In this document: piece by piece, positions 51,169 through 61,953 of the stretch
Layout: every line of letters starts with the position of its first letter
Numbering within the stretch: the stretch's first letter is position 1
From: an uncultured bacterium
GTDB lineage: Bacteria > Verrucomicrobiota > Verrucomicrobiia > Limisphaerales > UBA8199
Direction: 5' to 3'
Length of the DNA: 64,000 nt
NCBI GenBank assembly: GCA_963749495.1
Contig: CAVVMW010000022.1
Location: forward strand, 512,001 to 576,000
Program-made: the position numbers and the translations under genes
The notes under the pieces: model-generated
Databases searched by the model: none
Told to the model about the DNA's origin: nothing
What the model saw: only the letters and a program-made list of their open reading frames with translations

Positions 51169-52509
51169 CTAGACTCGCCAGGGTGGCCGGGCGGCGTAGG
51201 AGAGGAGACGATTGGCCTCGTCGTCGCCGGGGAACTCGGCCTTGACCGGGTCCCACCTGACGGCGCGTTGGAGGGCCAGGGCGATGCCGCCCACCAGGAT
51301 CGCATTCATGGTATAGACCGCCGTTTCGGGATGGCAGATGGTGAGCCGGCGCGTGCGGATGCACTCGAGGAAATTGCCCGAATGGCTGTTGGCGTGATAG
51401 ACCCGGCTGTCCTCGGGCCGCAGGGGCTCTTTGAGGATGCGTTCCGGGTAGGAGACGATATTGGCCCGGTCCACGACAATGCGGCCTTCGGTGCCGACGA
51501 AACAGGCGCCGCCGTCGGGGCCCACGCGCTCGCCGGGGTAGTCCAGCGAGTGGACCACTACGCCATTGGCATAGCGATAATGGACCTGCCCGTTGTCATG
51601 GCGCGCTTCAATGGGGGCGGTGACATCCGGGTTGATGGTCCATTGAATGATGTCGTAGTGGTGCGGGGCCCAATTGACGTCCCCGACAAAGAGCCCGGTG
51701 AGGGTGTGGCCGGCCTCGCCGCCGTAGGGGCGCCAAGGCAACGGCCCCAGCCACATGTTCCAGTCGAATCCATCGGGCACCGGCACCGAGGTGTTGGAGG
51801 TCCAGGCGGAGGGGACGAGCGCCCCCGGCAGGCGATAGGCCCAGACTTCCTTGAGCTGGCCGATGCGCCCATTGCGGACCAACTCGCAGGCGAGGCGGAA
51901 CCTGCCGCCGTATTCGGAGCGCTGCTGCATGCCGGCCTGGTAGATGCGGCCGAAGCGTTTGCTGGTCTCGATGACGCTGCGTCCTTCGCGAACGGTGATG
52001 GCAACGGGTTTCTCGCAGTAAACGTCCTTGCCCGCGCGCATGGCCATGATGGCCAAGGGGGCCGCCCAGTGATAGGGCACCGCGATCAGCACCGCATCAA
52101 TGTCCGCCCGGGCCAGGACCTCGCGGAAATCATTGTAGGCCCGCACGCCGTCGTAGCCGGCCTGGCCGGTTTTCCGGGCGTACATCTGGTTGCAGCGCTG
52201 GCGCGCGCTCTCGCGGCGCTCCCGCCGCACGTCGCAGACCGCCAGCACCTGCACGTCGTCACGCGCAACGTAGCCCCCGGGCACATAAGTCCACGCGCCG
52301 CCCAGCAGGTGCCCGCTCCCCTGCCCGCCCAATCCGATGAAGCCCATGGCGATGCGTTCGCTGGGCGCGACCGGGCCGCCGCGGCCCAGGGCGGAAGCCG
52401 GGACCAGCATCGGCGCGGCCAGCGCCGCCGCAGCCGCGCCGGTCCGCTTGAGGAAGTCGCGTCGTGTCGTCTTGGGCTGTGCGTGGTCAGGGCTGGTTTT
52501 GGTTTTCAT
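51169..52509 (-). CDS. Tat-exported Gfo/Idh/MocA oxidoreductase
   Basis: TRRDFLK Tat motif, GFIGLGGQG, GKDVYCEKP, QQRS, WNMWLGP. Confidence 0.92.
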   Translation of the reverse strand: MKTKTSPDHAQPKTTRRDFLKRTGAAAAALAAPMLVPASALGRGGPVAPSERIAMGFIGLGGQGSGHLLGGAWTYVPGGYVARDDVQVLAVCDVRRERRESARQRCNQMYARKTGQAGYDGVRAYNDFREVLARADIDAVLIAVPYHWAAPLAIMAMRAGKDVYCEKPVAITVREGRSVIETSKRFGRIYQAGMQQRSEYGGRFRLACELVRNGRIGQLKEVWAYRLPGALVPSAWTSNTSVPVPDGFDWNMWLGPLPWRPYGGEAGHTLTGLFVGDVNWAPHHYDIIQWTINPDVTAPIEARHDNGQVHYRYANGVVVHSLDYPGERVGPDGGACFVGTEGRIVVDRANIVSYPERILKEPLRPEDSRVYHANSHSGNFLECIRTRRLTICHPETAVYTMNAILVGGIALALQRAVRWDPVKAEFPGDDEANRLLSYAARPPWRV

Positions 52510-52592
52510 GGCCGATCTTTCGTTCGATTCTTGGTTGCGATGTTAAATGGACCGGGCGATTCTGGCGAGCGCGGATTTCCACGGGTGGCAAG

Positions 52593-52780
52593 CGGTCAGT
52601 GAAGGCGGCGACGGAGTCCCCGGCGGACCCCTCACCCCAACCCTCTCCCCTTCCGAAGGGGAGAGGGAGAATTCTCGGCGGCGGCTTGAGGAAGCGGGGG
52701 CACCTGGAAGTTCGACAGACTGCCGACGCCTCTCCCTCTCCCCTTCGGAAGGGGAGAGGGCCGGGGTGAGGGGTCTGCCC
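52593..52780. repeat. palindromic repeat family A, full copy
   Basis: As at 21193-21403. Confidence 0.85.
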
Positions 52781-52806
52781 GCCGAAATCCGGAGTTGGCG
52801 GAAAAA

Positions 52807-53859
52807 ATGAGATGGCAGAAAAATTGTGCGGGCCCGGCGCCGGGATCGCGCGAGTTGGTCCGCCGGGCCTTGCTGGGCCTGGAGACTGGCCGGGTCCCAA
52901 CCGGCCCGCTCTCGGTGCATTATTGCGCAAAGGTTGCAGGCGTCTCGATACGGCAATACACGACCAACTCCCGCGTGCTGGCCGAGTGCGTCGCCCGGTA
53001 CTACGAGCGATTCCGGCCCGACGCCGTTTGGGTGTCGGCGGATACGTGGGTGAGCGCGCAGGCGATGGGGGCGCGGGTCGGGGCCGTGGCGGACGACCAG
53101 CCCTTTGGCGGCCTGGGCGAACCGCTGGTTCGGACTGCGCGCGACATCGAGCGCATCCCTGCGCCGGAGGCCGGGTCCCAGGGACGCTACCCGCTGATGT
53201 TGGAGGCGCTTGCCCGGGTGGTCAAGACGCTGGGAGACGGGGTTTTCATCGCGGCCTGCTTCGACCAGTATCCGTTCTCGCTGGGGGCGGCGCTGATGGG
53301 CATCAACCAGATCATGCTCAAGGTGGTGGAGGACCGGCCCATGGTCGAGGCGCTGATGGAACGTTGCCTGGAATACGGTTTGGCATACGGCCGCGCCCTG
53401 GGTGAGGCGGGCGCGGACCTGCTAAGCGGCGGCGATTCCCCGGCGGGTTTGATCGGGCCACGGGCCTATCACGAACTGGTGCTGCCTTTCGAGCGGCGTT
53501 TGATTGCCGGGCTGAAATCGGCTGCGCCGCTGCCGGTCTCCCTGCACATCTGCGGCAACGCGCTGCCGTTGCTCCCGGAAATGGCGGCCTCGGGGGCGGA
53601 CGTGCTGGAAATCGACCACCAGGTTGATTTGACGCGGGCCTGCCGGCTGGTAAGCCCGCAGGTGGCCTTGTGGGGCAATCTCGACCCGGTATCGGTGCTG
53701 GCGCGCGGGAGCGTCGAGCAAGTCCGCCAGGCGGCGCGCCAGGCGCTGGAAGCGGTCCGCGCCTGTGGGCGACGCCGGTTTGTGCTCAGCTCGGGTTGCA
53801 CGCTGGCGATGGAAACGCCGCCCGAAAACCTGGAGGCATTCCTGAGGTGCGAAAGATGA
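52807..53859 (+). CDS. uroporphyrinogen decarboxylase family protein (MtaA/CmuA-like)
   Basis: SLHICGN, LWGNLDPV, FVLSSGC, TPPENL; the nearest in-frame ATG lies inside a repeat unit. Confidence 0.85.
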   Translation: MRWQKNCAGPAPGSRELVRRALLGLETGRVPTGPLSVHYCAKVAGVSIRQYTTNSRVLAECVARYYERFRPDAVWVSADTWVSAQAMGARVGAVADDQPFGGLGEPLVRTARDIERIPAPEAGSQGRYPLMLEALARVVKTLGDGVFIAACFDQYPFSLGAALMGINQIMLKVVEDRPMVEALMERCLEYGLAYGRALGEAGADLLSGGDSPAGLIGPRAYHELVLPFERRLIAGLKSAAPLPVSLHICGNALPLLPEMAASGADVLEIDHQVDLTRACRLVSPQVALWGNLDPVSVLARGSVEQVRQAARQALEAVRACGRRRFVLSSGCTLAMETPPENLEAFLRCER

Positions 53860-53919
53860 AAAGTTGGCCGTTCATGCTGGGGGTGATGCTTGGGCCGAGG
53901 TGCGGGAAGCAGGCCGGTC

Positions 53920-54756
53920 TCAACTCCACCTCAGAAGCCGGAGTAGAGCTTGCATCGCCTCTTTGCCTCGGGTGAGTTGGACGCTCAAAAACGTCAGCAG
54001 GGGCGTGCAAATGACGTGCAGCCAATGGGTGACCTTGTTGATGGGCACGCTGGTTTCGTCGCCGTGGAGAATGGGTTCTTGGGGCAGGATTTCCACCAGG
54101 CGCTCTTCAAAAGGTTGCAGCCCCTGGTATTGTTCTTGGCGAGCGCTTTGCAGGGTGCCTTCACTGACGGCAAAGCCGAACATCTCCTGGCCCATTTCGC
54201 GGATGCGGCGGCTGGCCCCCTCTTGGGCGTCGTAGAGGTAGGTCAGCAAGGCGCGAAAGTTCTTCCCGTATTGGACCGGGGCTTTAATGTCGACCGGAAA
54301 ATCAGCCCGGCAGGTTCGCCCGCAGATGGGGCACTCTTTGATTTCAGCTCGATGCTCGGTGCATTCCAAGGTCAGCGTGGGCAAGTCGAAGACTTGGCGA
54401 GGCTCAAAATCCACCGCCGGTTCCTGGGAAAGATCCTCGCCGCACCCACACTCCAGCAGCGGATGAATCTGGATGTGCTTGGGCTTTTGGCTGGGTTGGA
54501 GGGTGCGACCGGGATGGCCGGGTTGACCGCCGGAGGGGCGCCCGGACTTTTTTCGCAGGCTCTTGGGTTTGGGCTTTTCGGGGCCGTCCGTGGAAGGAGG
54601 GCGCGAACTGTTACCGCTATTCTGGGAGGCCGCGTCCCGCAGGCGGGCATTCTCGGCTTGTAACTCCAAAGTGTAGTTGACCAATCCAGCCAAGTCGGCC
54701 CGGCCCAACGCCATGAGCCCGTTGCGGTCTTTAATCACAGAGTTGGCCAGGCACAT
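53920..54756 (-). pseudogene. IS66 family transposase, 3'-truncated
   Basis: NSGNSSRPPSTD, GGQPGHPG, C.CG, RQVFDLP, TEHR...CPICG, HGDET, WLHV; stops before the rest of the DDE domain. Confidence 0.85.
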
Positions 54757-55618
54757 CTGCAGTTAAAGGATAAAGGTAAATGTCCTTGCAAGGCGCATGG
54801 ACCTGATTGTCCCGGTGCCGCTCATTCTGGCGGGTTCGTCCGCGGGTTTGGCCCACCCGAATCCAGTTGGCCGCCTGGTAAGCGGTGCCCCGGAAGCGGT
54901 CCGGTTGCACAAAGGTCTCCAGCAGGTAAAGACGATGATGGTAGCGCGCTTGCCAGTCGGCATCGATCCGCTGGGCGATTCGACCAAGAATGTGGCTGGC
55001 CAGACGCTGGACTCCAACCCAAGGCAAAATCAGGAACCGGCTATTGTTGGCGATCAACGGCAAGCCGGCAACCCGTTGCTGGGCCGACCAACCGATCCAC
55101 CGATCGCGAGGCGCGCACTGCCAGGCCGCCGCTCCAAAGAGCAGGCACGCCAGATCCGCTCCCGCGCAACTCCTAATCAAATAGCCCAGGTTCTCCCCAA
55201 CTGGGCCGCCATAGCTCAGGTAATGGTGCCGGGCCAAATACCGCTGAAACCGAGGATAGTCCGGATGCCTGGGGCGGACCACTTGCACCTCCAGGGGCAG
55301 CAGCGAAGACAAGTCCGCCCGGATCGGCTCAGGAACCACTGAGTCAAAAAGCTCGAGACTCAGCAGCGGACCTCGTCCAACCGGCATTCGCCGGCGTTCC
55401 GGCAGTGCAATGAGTTGGCGCCGCTGCAGCTTGAGTAACAGCGTCCGAGCCGCCATGTCTTTGAGCTGGCCGGAGGCCGAATACCATTGCCATCGCTGAG
55501 CCAACACCTGCGACAAGCGCCAGCGGCTCCAAAGCGGATGGGCCTCAATCAAGGCCCTAATCTCGCCGATCTGGACGTTACTGATTTTGCGGCCTTGAAT
55601 GATTTCGGCTTCGAGCAC
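54731..55618 (-). CDS. DUF4338 domain protein (transposon-associated)
   Basis: HHYLSY, GENLGYL, RDRWIGW, NNSRFLILPWV, LASHIL, LLETFV, GTAYQAANW..VGQTRGR. Confidence 0.88.
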   Translation of the reverse strand: MLEAEIIQGRKISNVQIGEIRALIEAHPLWSRWRLSQVLAQRWQWYSASGQLKDMAARTLLLKLQRRQLIALPERRRMPVGRGPLLSLELFDSVVPEPIRADLSSLLPLEVQVVRPRHPDYPRFQRYLARHHYLSYGGPVGENLGYLIRSCAGADLACLLFGAAAWQCAPRDRWIGWSAQQRVAGLPLIANNSRFLILPWVGVQRLASHILGRIAQRIDADWQARYHHRLYLLETFVQPDRFRGTAYQAANWIRVGQTRGRTRQNERHRDNQVHAPCKDIYLYPLTADVPGQLCD

Positions 55619-56388
55619 GCGCCCAGATTACCAGGTGGATTTGGGGGAGTCCCGTACAAAATCAAAGTATTTTGCGGCCTCTCTCTCCGCCGCTGTTCAC
55701 CCGGCCCCGCTCGGACCTGAGTAGTTACCAATTGAGGCACCAGCCCCTAGAACCACCAGTGTTCTATCATGAGCCGGCTTATGCGTGGTCTTGCTCATCA
55801 GCTCCGATCGAGTCAACTGTACCTATTCGACCAGCGGCTCGAATATTGAACGGCCAAATCCCAGTCCAGTGGACCTCCTGCCTTGATTTCAAAAAGGTCA
55901 ACAACACGGCAATAATTCCACGAGTGCATGGGGCGATCTTAAACTCCTGCTCCGACAAGTCAAGCCCGATGTTGCGTCCTTCAGGGTGTCCTCAACTGGA
56001 AAAACTGGCTGCTGTTGGAAGGTGAGATGCTGATCACAAGATCATCGTTACTCCGGCAAGGGGTGTCGGGCAATGGTATCCAGGCCGCTGGATTAAGGCT
56101 CTCCGTCGAATAGAGCCTGAAGGGGGACGCCGGCCATCTCAGTGACAGGTTCGTGCCATGTCTCGTGGCAGAGAGGCTGACGTTGGTCAGAGCGGCACCT
56201 GGTGGGCAGGGCTCCGCAGATGGCTCAATATCGAGATTCTGCTGTGGCCAGGGCTCGATTGAAGAACGGGCTCTCTCAACTGGCGAACCAGGCCCGGAAT
56301 CTCGCTCACCAGGATGCCACGGAACTGGTCAATCGGTTCGGTGAGCTTGGGAGGAGGAAATTCAACCTGGCGGCCTGAACAACGAACC

Positions 56389-56643
56389 ATGAAAGCAAAT
56401 CAACTGGTCCAGAAACCTGGCCAGAAACTCCTCGGCCAGAAAGTGAACACGCCTGCCCTTGGTGAGTATCCGGGAGGTGTGGCGACCGTAACCCAAATTG
56501 CACCGGATGAGAACGCTCCGGAGATTGTCTTCCAGGTCAGCTTGCCTCATTACGGCGAATGTGGGGTCTTTGAAACTGAGGATGTTTCATTGCTGGTCAA
56601 CAAATTCAGTCTGCCCCAACTCCATGAACACTGGAGAAACTGA
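56389..56643 (+). CDS. small hypothetical protein
   Basis: MKANQLVQ...TPALGEYPGGVATV...PDENAPEIVFQV...GVFETEDV; globular-looking. Confidence 0.55.
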   Translation: MKANQLVQKPGQKLLGQKVNTPALGEYPGGVATVTQIAPDENAPEIVFQVSLPHYGECGVFETEDVSLLVNKFSLPQLHEHWRN

Positions 56644-57148
56644 ACGGTCCTGTCCACTGCTGCCATAAACCACAACAACCAAGGGGATGGGCTGTGCCGG
56701 GCTCAAAAGGCTCGGCACAGCGCCATCCCCTCTGCGTTTCGTCTCCGAGAGGTTTTGGGGGCGTTTAGGTGTGAGGTGCCGAATCTCAAGCCAATTGCGA
56801 TGGTTGTGTCGGGCGGGTCCGCCTCCTCCGGCTTGAGCATCAGCCGGCATTGTCCAAACCGATAATAGGAACGCAGAACCACCCGCTGTCACGAGGGTGG
56901 CGCTCGACAACTCGTAATACACCATAGGCTGAAGCAGGACCTTGATGCCCGAACTTGGCTGCGCATTGCGGTCGGAATCGTTCGGCAAGAGGGCCCAAGT
57001 CAGAGACCCTGCCGCTGAGTGCTAGCACCTCGATTTATATTGCCAGTTCTGATTTTCGGAGAAATTCTTGCGGGCGCCTGGCGAAATGCTAATTTCGAGG
57101 AAGCGGTCATTAAGGCCCGAGTCATCCGGGCACTGACCCTCTCACAAC

Positions 57149-58331
57149 ATGCGACGCAAGCGTTGGCTGATTCTGCTGATGAGCGCCTTGGTTTTGGCAC
57201 TCGGCCTTTACCTCAGTCGTGAGTCCCTGATCCGCGCCGTGGTTGCAAACCGGATTCGTCAGGCGCACGTTATCACCCCGCCCCCACCCGATCCGGGTAA
57301 ATCCCGCTGGCACCGGTTCAGGGGCGATGCCCGGTTTTACTGGGATCTCGCAGGACTGCGTTTGGCGAGAGAAATGCGGGCGAAGCAGTTGAACCCCGAA
57401 CTGAAGCCGTTGGTGAAGGAGATCCAGCGTCATCAGGCAGCCGGAGAAGGGATGCAGGTACTCGATGCATATCTACCGGGAAATCCGTTGGCGGCTTAAT
57501 TTCACGCCCGACGTCGAACTCACCCGGGCGAGGATTGCTGATCTCCGCCAAAGTCTGGCGCAACCGGCGGAGCAGAAGTTGGCCACCGAGCAGCAGGCTT
57601 CGGACGGAAGCTGGGGACGGAGAATCACCGTCTGGTATCTCCGACTCTATTATTCGGTGGAGGATGGCCTGAAGGACGACACCCGGGACCCGCAGTATCC
57701 GTTGTCGTTTCTGGATCGGATCAACTCGCCTGAAAAGCTCGCGGCACAACTCGATTCGGTCTTGCTCAATGATTTCGCCCGGACCGGCGTGTTCAATCGC
57801 GAGGAGTTGGATGAAACCTTTTCCGCGCTGGCGCGGCTGCTCTTTGGACACAAGCGAACCGGCTACGCGTATCATCCCCAGCTCCAGGATGCCCTGCGCC
57901 AATTTGTGCGGTGTTGGCAAAATCCTGTTACCGGCTGCTGGGGACAGTGGCTGGTGGACCGCCAGGGGAGGATCTGGAAAATGGACGACATGGCGATGAC
58001 GTTCCACGTGATCTCGGATCTCCACGGTCAGGTGGACCATTTGGATCTGATCGCGAAGCGTGTGCTCCAACTCGATGCCGTGGACTTCCCCGCTGGTATC
58101 CGCGTCAATGGCCATTACGAGAATCATCTGAATTGGGACGTGGTGAAGATCTTTCACCATGCCTGGCCAACCCTGGATGCCGCGACTCGGGAGCAGGCTC
58201 GAGCCGGGATCTTACGGATGCTCAACTGGTGCCTGGCCAACTCTTGCCAGCCGGATGGGTCCTTCAAGGCCAGTGATTTGGATGATACCCTCGGCGACGC
58301 TTTTAGCTACGGAGTGAACCACAGAGGATGA
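57149..58331 (+). pseudogene. membrane-anchored hypothetical protein with prenyltransferase/squalene-cyclase-like QxxDGSW repeats; frameshift at ~57458, probably 3'-truncated
   Basis: ORFs 57149-57499 and 57465-58331 join on removing one G (ATG CAG TAC TCG ATG); QASDGSWG, WQNPVTGCWG, QPDGSF. Confidence 0.6.
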
Positions 58332-58528
58332 ACATGAGGAGAACCATCGAAATCATCATCGGAACCGCAGGCGAAATCCAAATTGACGCCGTGGGATTCA
58401 CAGGGCCTGACTGCGAAAAGGCCACCGAGTTCCTGGAAGAGGCGCTGGGGGTGGTGGGCAAAAAGGTCAAGAAGCCCGAGTACCACCAGCAACGTGCCGG
58501 GCTTAGTCACCAGAAGGTCGGGGGCTAA
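58328..58528 (+). CDS. DUF2997 domain protein
   Basis: IEIIIG..GEIQIDAVGFTGPDCEKATEFLEEALG...KPEYH. Confidence 0.8.
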   Translation: MNMRRTIEIIIGTAGEIQIDAVGFTGPDCEKATEFLEEALGVVGKKVKKPEYHQQRAGLSHQKVGG

Positions 58529-58704
58529 ATCTCACTGAGGCCTGGCTGGAAGGGACGGCTGGGCTTCAGTTGTCCAGTCCCTGCGTCTTTCTCAGGACAT
58601 TTTTCCAAGGCGTCAGGCATCGAGCACGCTGGCAGGCAGTCGTTGGAAGCTGGGTGCGACAAAACGACGCAGCCAACATGCCCGCATTTTATGAAACGAT
58701 CCAT

Positions 58705-59481
58705 TCACTCCTTCAAATCCTGGAGCTTCGCCTGGAGATCATCGAGTGTGAAGCCTTCAGCGACCACGCGATGGGCCTTATCGGTCAGGATGAGCCATGG
58801 CAGAGAGGACGCGCCCCAAGTGGCGCCAGCCTCGCCTGGATTTCCTGCCAAACAGGCGGCCGGAAACGGAATGCCGGCGTCCTTCTTCCAGTCGTTAAAG
58901 GCCTGGCCGGACATCGTGCCCGCCTGCAGGATGATGACCGCGATGCCTTCTTTCGTCAAGCCGGTAGGCTGCCCTAAGAGGAGACTTAGCGCGTGCCGAG
59001 AGGGGCGTTGTTCAGCATCGATAAGCACGACCAAAAGCGGTTGACTGGGCGGGACATCGGTCGAACTCAGACCTAACGGGGCGAGGTCCGGTACGGGTTT
59101 TCCTGCGAGCGGCGTGATTACTGGAGGGGACCCAGTAGTTTGAATGACAATCTTCTCTCGCGTCAAAGTAATGATGTTGGTCTTTCCCAGTTCGGGGTCA
59201 CCGAGTTCGAGTCTGACCTGTGTCTGTGGCGTGCCACGAATAAGCGTCGCACACTCAGATAAGGTCTTGCCTGCGGTACTACTCCCATCGACTGACAAAA
59301 TGAGGCATCCAGGCATATTCCCAGCTTTGGCGGCGGGTCCTCCGGGAAGGACCCTGTTTGTTATTGGTGGGCCACCCCCTGGCGCGGCACGAATTTCAAT
59401 CCCCACTCCTCCGATCTCTTGGCTTTGCGTCGTAGTTATGAATGCCAAGAACCCAATGATGAATGCCGTCTTTGCTTGCAC
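58705..59481 (-). CDS. exported PDZ-domain protein with thioredoxin-like C-terminal region
   Basis: GGVGIEI, VLPGGPAAKAG, ILSVDG, IRGTPQTQVRL, LTRE; C-terminal WGASSLPWLILTD; start uncertain. Confidence 0.7.
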   Translation of the reverse strand: MQAKTAFIIGFLAFITTTQSQEIGGVGIEIRAAPGGGPPITNRVLPGGPAAKAGNMPGCLILSVDGSSTAGKTLSECATLIRGTPQTQVRLELGDPELGKTNIITLTREKIVIQTTGSPPVITPLAGKPVPDLAPLGLSSTDVPPSQPLLVVLIDAEQRPSRHALSLLLGQPTGLTKEGIAVIILQAGTMSGQAFNDWKKDAGIPFPAACLAGNPGEAGATWGASSLPWLILTDKAHRVVAEGFTLDDLQAKLQDLKE

Positions 59482-60308
59482 ACGCTTTGATCGATGTGAT
59501 GGAAGACTGCTATGCGGGAGGGCGACAAAGCTGAAATTGCCATACCGCGACACCGTGGAAGAGCGGTCCTGCATGTCAACTGTCCGAAACCTCGCCGCAA
59601 AGCTGTTCTGTTCAACTATTACAGCCATCGGGTCGCACATTAAATCAGGCGAATTCAAGATACAATCCTTTTGTTTCGTGCGGTTTGTAACCGGGCTATG
59701 GGCGATGCGGACAGCCTACACAGAGCAATCCTGCTCAAGTGGATGGCACAATGACGCTCCTCGAGAACCACGACCGGTAAAGGGGGGCCTTACTAGGCTC
59801 GGAATCGAGCAAGGTTTAGGCCGACCAGCACAAGAATCCCGCTAAAGCCCAACCACCTCCCATGCTTTCATGCATGTGAACCCCGTGAATCCTGCGCAGA
59901 ACAAGTGCTAAGGCTCAATTCATACAATTACCCGCACCCGATTCACAGTAACCCGCTCCCATTCATACAGTTACGGCCACTTGATCGAGAAAACCTCCAC
60001 AAATGCCCCAGGATCGATCGACACCCCTTTCCGCGGTCTGACCGCCTGCCGCCCAAAAAAGATCGCTGCAAGGGTCATTTCCGCTCCAAATCCCGTACCG
60101 CCACCGCTCGATCTGTATCGATAAAGGGAGTGGATGGTGGTTGGTCTCGAAGATCTCAAGTCCGGCCTTCTGAGATGTGATGCTGGCAACGGTTGAGCGT
60201 CCCGATGGGTGAACATTATGGCTCATCGACACGTCTAAGGTGTTGGGGTCGATTGGCATTGGATGGTCCGCGGAGAAAAGCCAAAGCTCGCCCCCAAAAA
60301 AGACATCT

Positions 60309-61010
60309 ATGAAAAATAACGGGATCGGATATCTGTTAGCTGTCACGCTCACAATCTCCAGTGCCAACGCAGCTCTCTCGCCTGGCGCGGCAGAGGTGCT
60401 GAAGCTTTCCAAGTCCGGGGTTCCTGAAGATGTGACCACAGTGTACGTGAATGGAGTGTCGGCAGCCTTCCAGTTGTCCGCCGACGACATTCTCTTACTC
60501 AACGCACAGGGGGTCCAACACCAGATCATTACGGCAATGCTGAACCACGACGCGCAACTGCGTGCACGGGCACAGGCATATGCACCTCAAGGCCCGGCCT
60601 ACTCGCCGCCTCCGCAAGCCCAAGCCTACGCGCCACCCCAGGCACTTGAGGCACCGGCACCAGAATACGCGCCGACCACAACCTACTACCCACAGGAGGC
60701 AATCCCGGTGTCCCCAGGTCCCGACTATTACTGGAGTCCAGGGTACTGGGGAGATAACGGCCTATGGATCGGCGGGACATGGCTATATGGTGGGATCGGA
60801 GTAGGCATCGGCTGGCCCTACGGATGGGGCGCCTACTACGGCGGATATCGTGGCTACGGTGGCTATCGGGGATACGGAGGATATCGCGGCTACGGTGGCT
60901 ATGCGAGATATGGTGGATATCACGGCAGCATAGGGGGAGGTTTCCACGGGGGCGTTGCCAGAGGACATGCTGGTGGAGGATTTGGCGCCGGACACGGTGG
61001 GCACCGATAA
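60309..61010 (+). CDS. secreted Pro/Gly/Tyr-rich protein (YXWGXW-like repeat)
   Basis: Signal peptide; EVLKLSKSGV, LSADDILLL..QGV; PGPDYYWSPGYW; (GGYRGY)n tail. Confidence 0.78.
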   Translation: MKNNGIGYLLAVTLTISSANAALSPGAAEVLKLSKSGVPEDVTTVYVNGVSAAFQLSADDILLLNAQGVQHQIITAMLNHDAQLRARAQAYAPQGPAYSPPPQAQAYAPPQALEAPAPEYAPTTTYYPQEAIPVSPGPDYYWSPGYWGDNGLWIGGTWLYGGIGVGIGWPYGWGAYYGGYRGYGGYRGYGGYRGYGGYARYGGYHGSIGGGFHGGVARGHAGGGFGAGHGGHR

Positions 61011-61100
61011 TTAGGTTCACTGTGAAAAGAGAAATCCGCATCTGAAAGGGCCGGGGTTTTCACTCTTGCACCTAATTGTCCACCTAATGTTGCACGTGCA

Positions 61101-61203
61101 TGTTCCTGGAGGAGGCGCAGGGGGTAATCGGGGAGAAGATCAAAAAGCCCGAGTATCACGAGCACAGTACCAGGACCAGGAACCAACAGAGGATTGAGGG
61201 GTG
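61101..61203 (+). pseudogene. second, degenerate DUF2997 3' fragment
   Basis: GTTCCTGGAGGAGGCG..GGGGTA...AAAAAGCCCGAGTATCAC resembles 58429-58487. Confidence 0.6.
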
Positions 61204-61317
61204 AATCATTCTGAAGCTCCGCCTAAAAAGATGGCTGGGCTTCAGATCTTCACCAATGGAGGGAATGTGGTTTTTGACGCGTCGCCGGTATGTGGAGGCT
61301 GCGCACGTGATTTTGTG

Positions 61318-61644
61318 TCAATGGCGAGAGCTGACAGTTGTTCGTCGCGGTGCAGACTGCTCTTGCAAGCGATAGCTCTTGCTCCCCTTGAAGCGGCGCT
61401 TGCAGCCCAATCTCCTGCGCGTGCGCTCCCTCGCGGCGACTAAGTGTTTCAGGCACCGGCCCGATACTGCCGCGTTGTCGCCACAGACTACGCAACGCCC
61501 ATTGCGCTGCATTCGCAGTTGATACTTTCGCTGGCGGGACATTGTCAGGTCTGTGAATTCGTCGCGTATGACCTTTGGCACATCACCTTTCGAACCTTTT
61601 CTCGCCGCTTTTGCGTGAAAACCGCGAGAATGTGGTTTCGACAC
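61318..61644 (-). CDS. small basic Cys/His hypothetical protein
   Basis: DEFTDL..SRQRKYQLRMQRNGRCVVCG......RCLKHLV; start uncertain. Confidence 0.6.
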   Translation of the reverse strand: MSKPHSRGFHAKAARKGSKGDVPKVIRDEFTDLTMSRQRKYQLRMQRNGRCVVCGDNAAVSGRCLKHLVAARERTRRRLGCKRRFKGSKSYRLQEQSAPRRTTVSSRH

Positions 61645-61953
61645 CGCACTGGTTCATCGACGCTATGGGGGTGCGCGAGAATTGTTTCTCGCTCGCACTC
61701 ATTCCGGCGTCATGCTGGCAGACAGGAAGCGGCGTGTCAAGCAGCATGTGTTGGCAGGTTCGAGCTGGACGACGGTTGATTTCTCTCCAATCAGGGTGAA
61801 TCAGCACAAGAGCGGCAGGGGAAGAGCTGAGACCTGCACCGTGGAAACCTGAGAACTTGTTTGGACACGGGTGGCTAGCGCTGTATGCGGCTTGGGTATC
61901 CAGAGGAAATCCGACAGAACGTTTCGAGTTACATTCGCTTCGTTGTCGGAAGG

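Larger units (their letters stand above)
53920..55728 (-). mobile_element. truncated IS66-family element carrying a DUF4338 gene and a transposase
   Basis: Minus-strand end GTAACTACTCAGG at 55728; two ORFs; no matching other end found. Confidence 0.75.

Noticed and set aside
41340..53859. Wood-Ljungdahl or methylotrophy cluster from fhs plus the UroD-family gene
   Set aside because: The genes are 10 kb apart with no corrinoid protein, CODH/ACS or folD
54731..55618. Druantia defence system
   Set aside because: No DruE helicase or other Dru genes; the gene sits within an IS end
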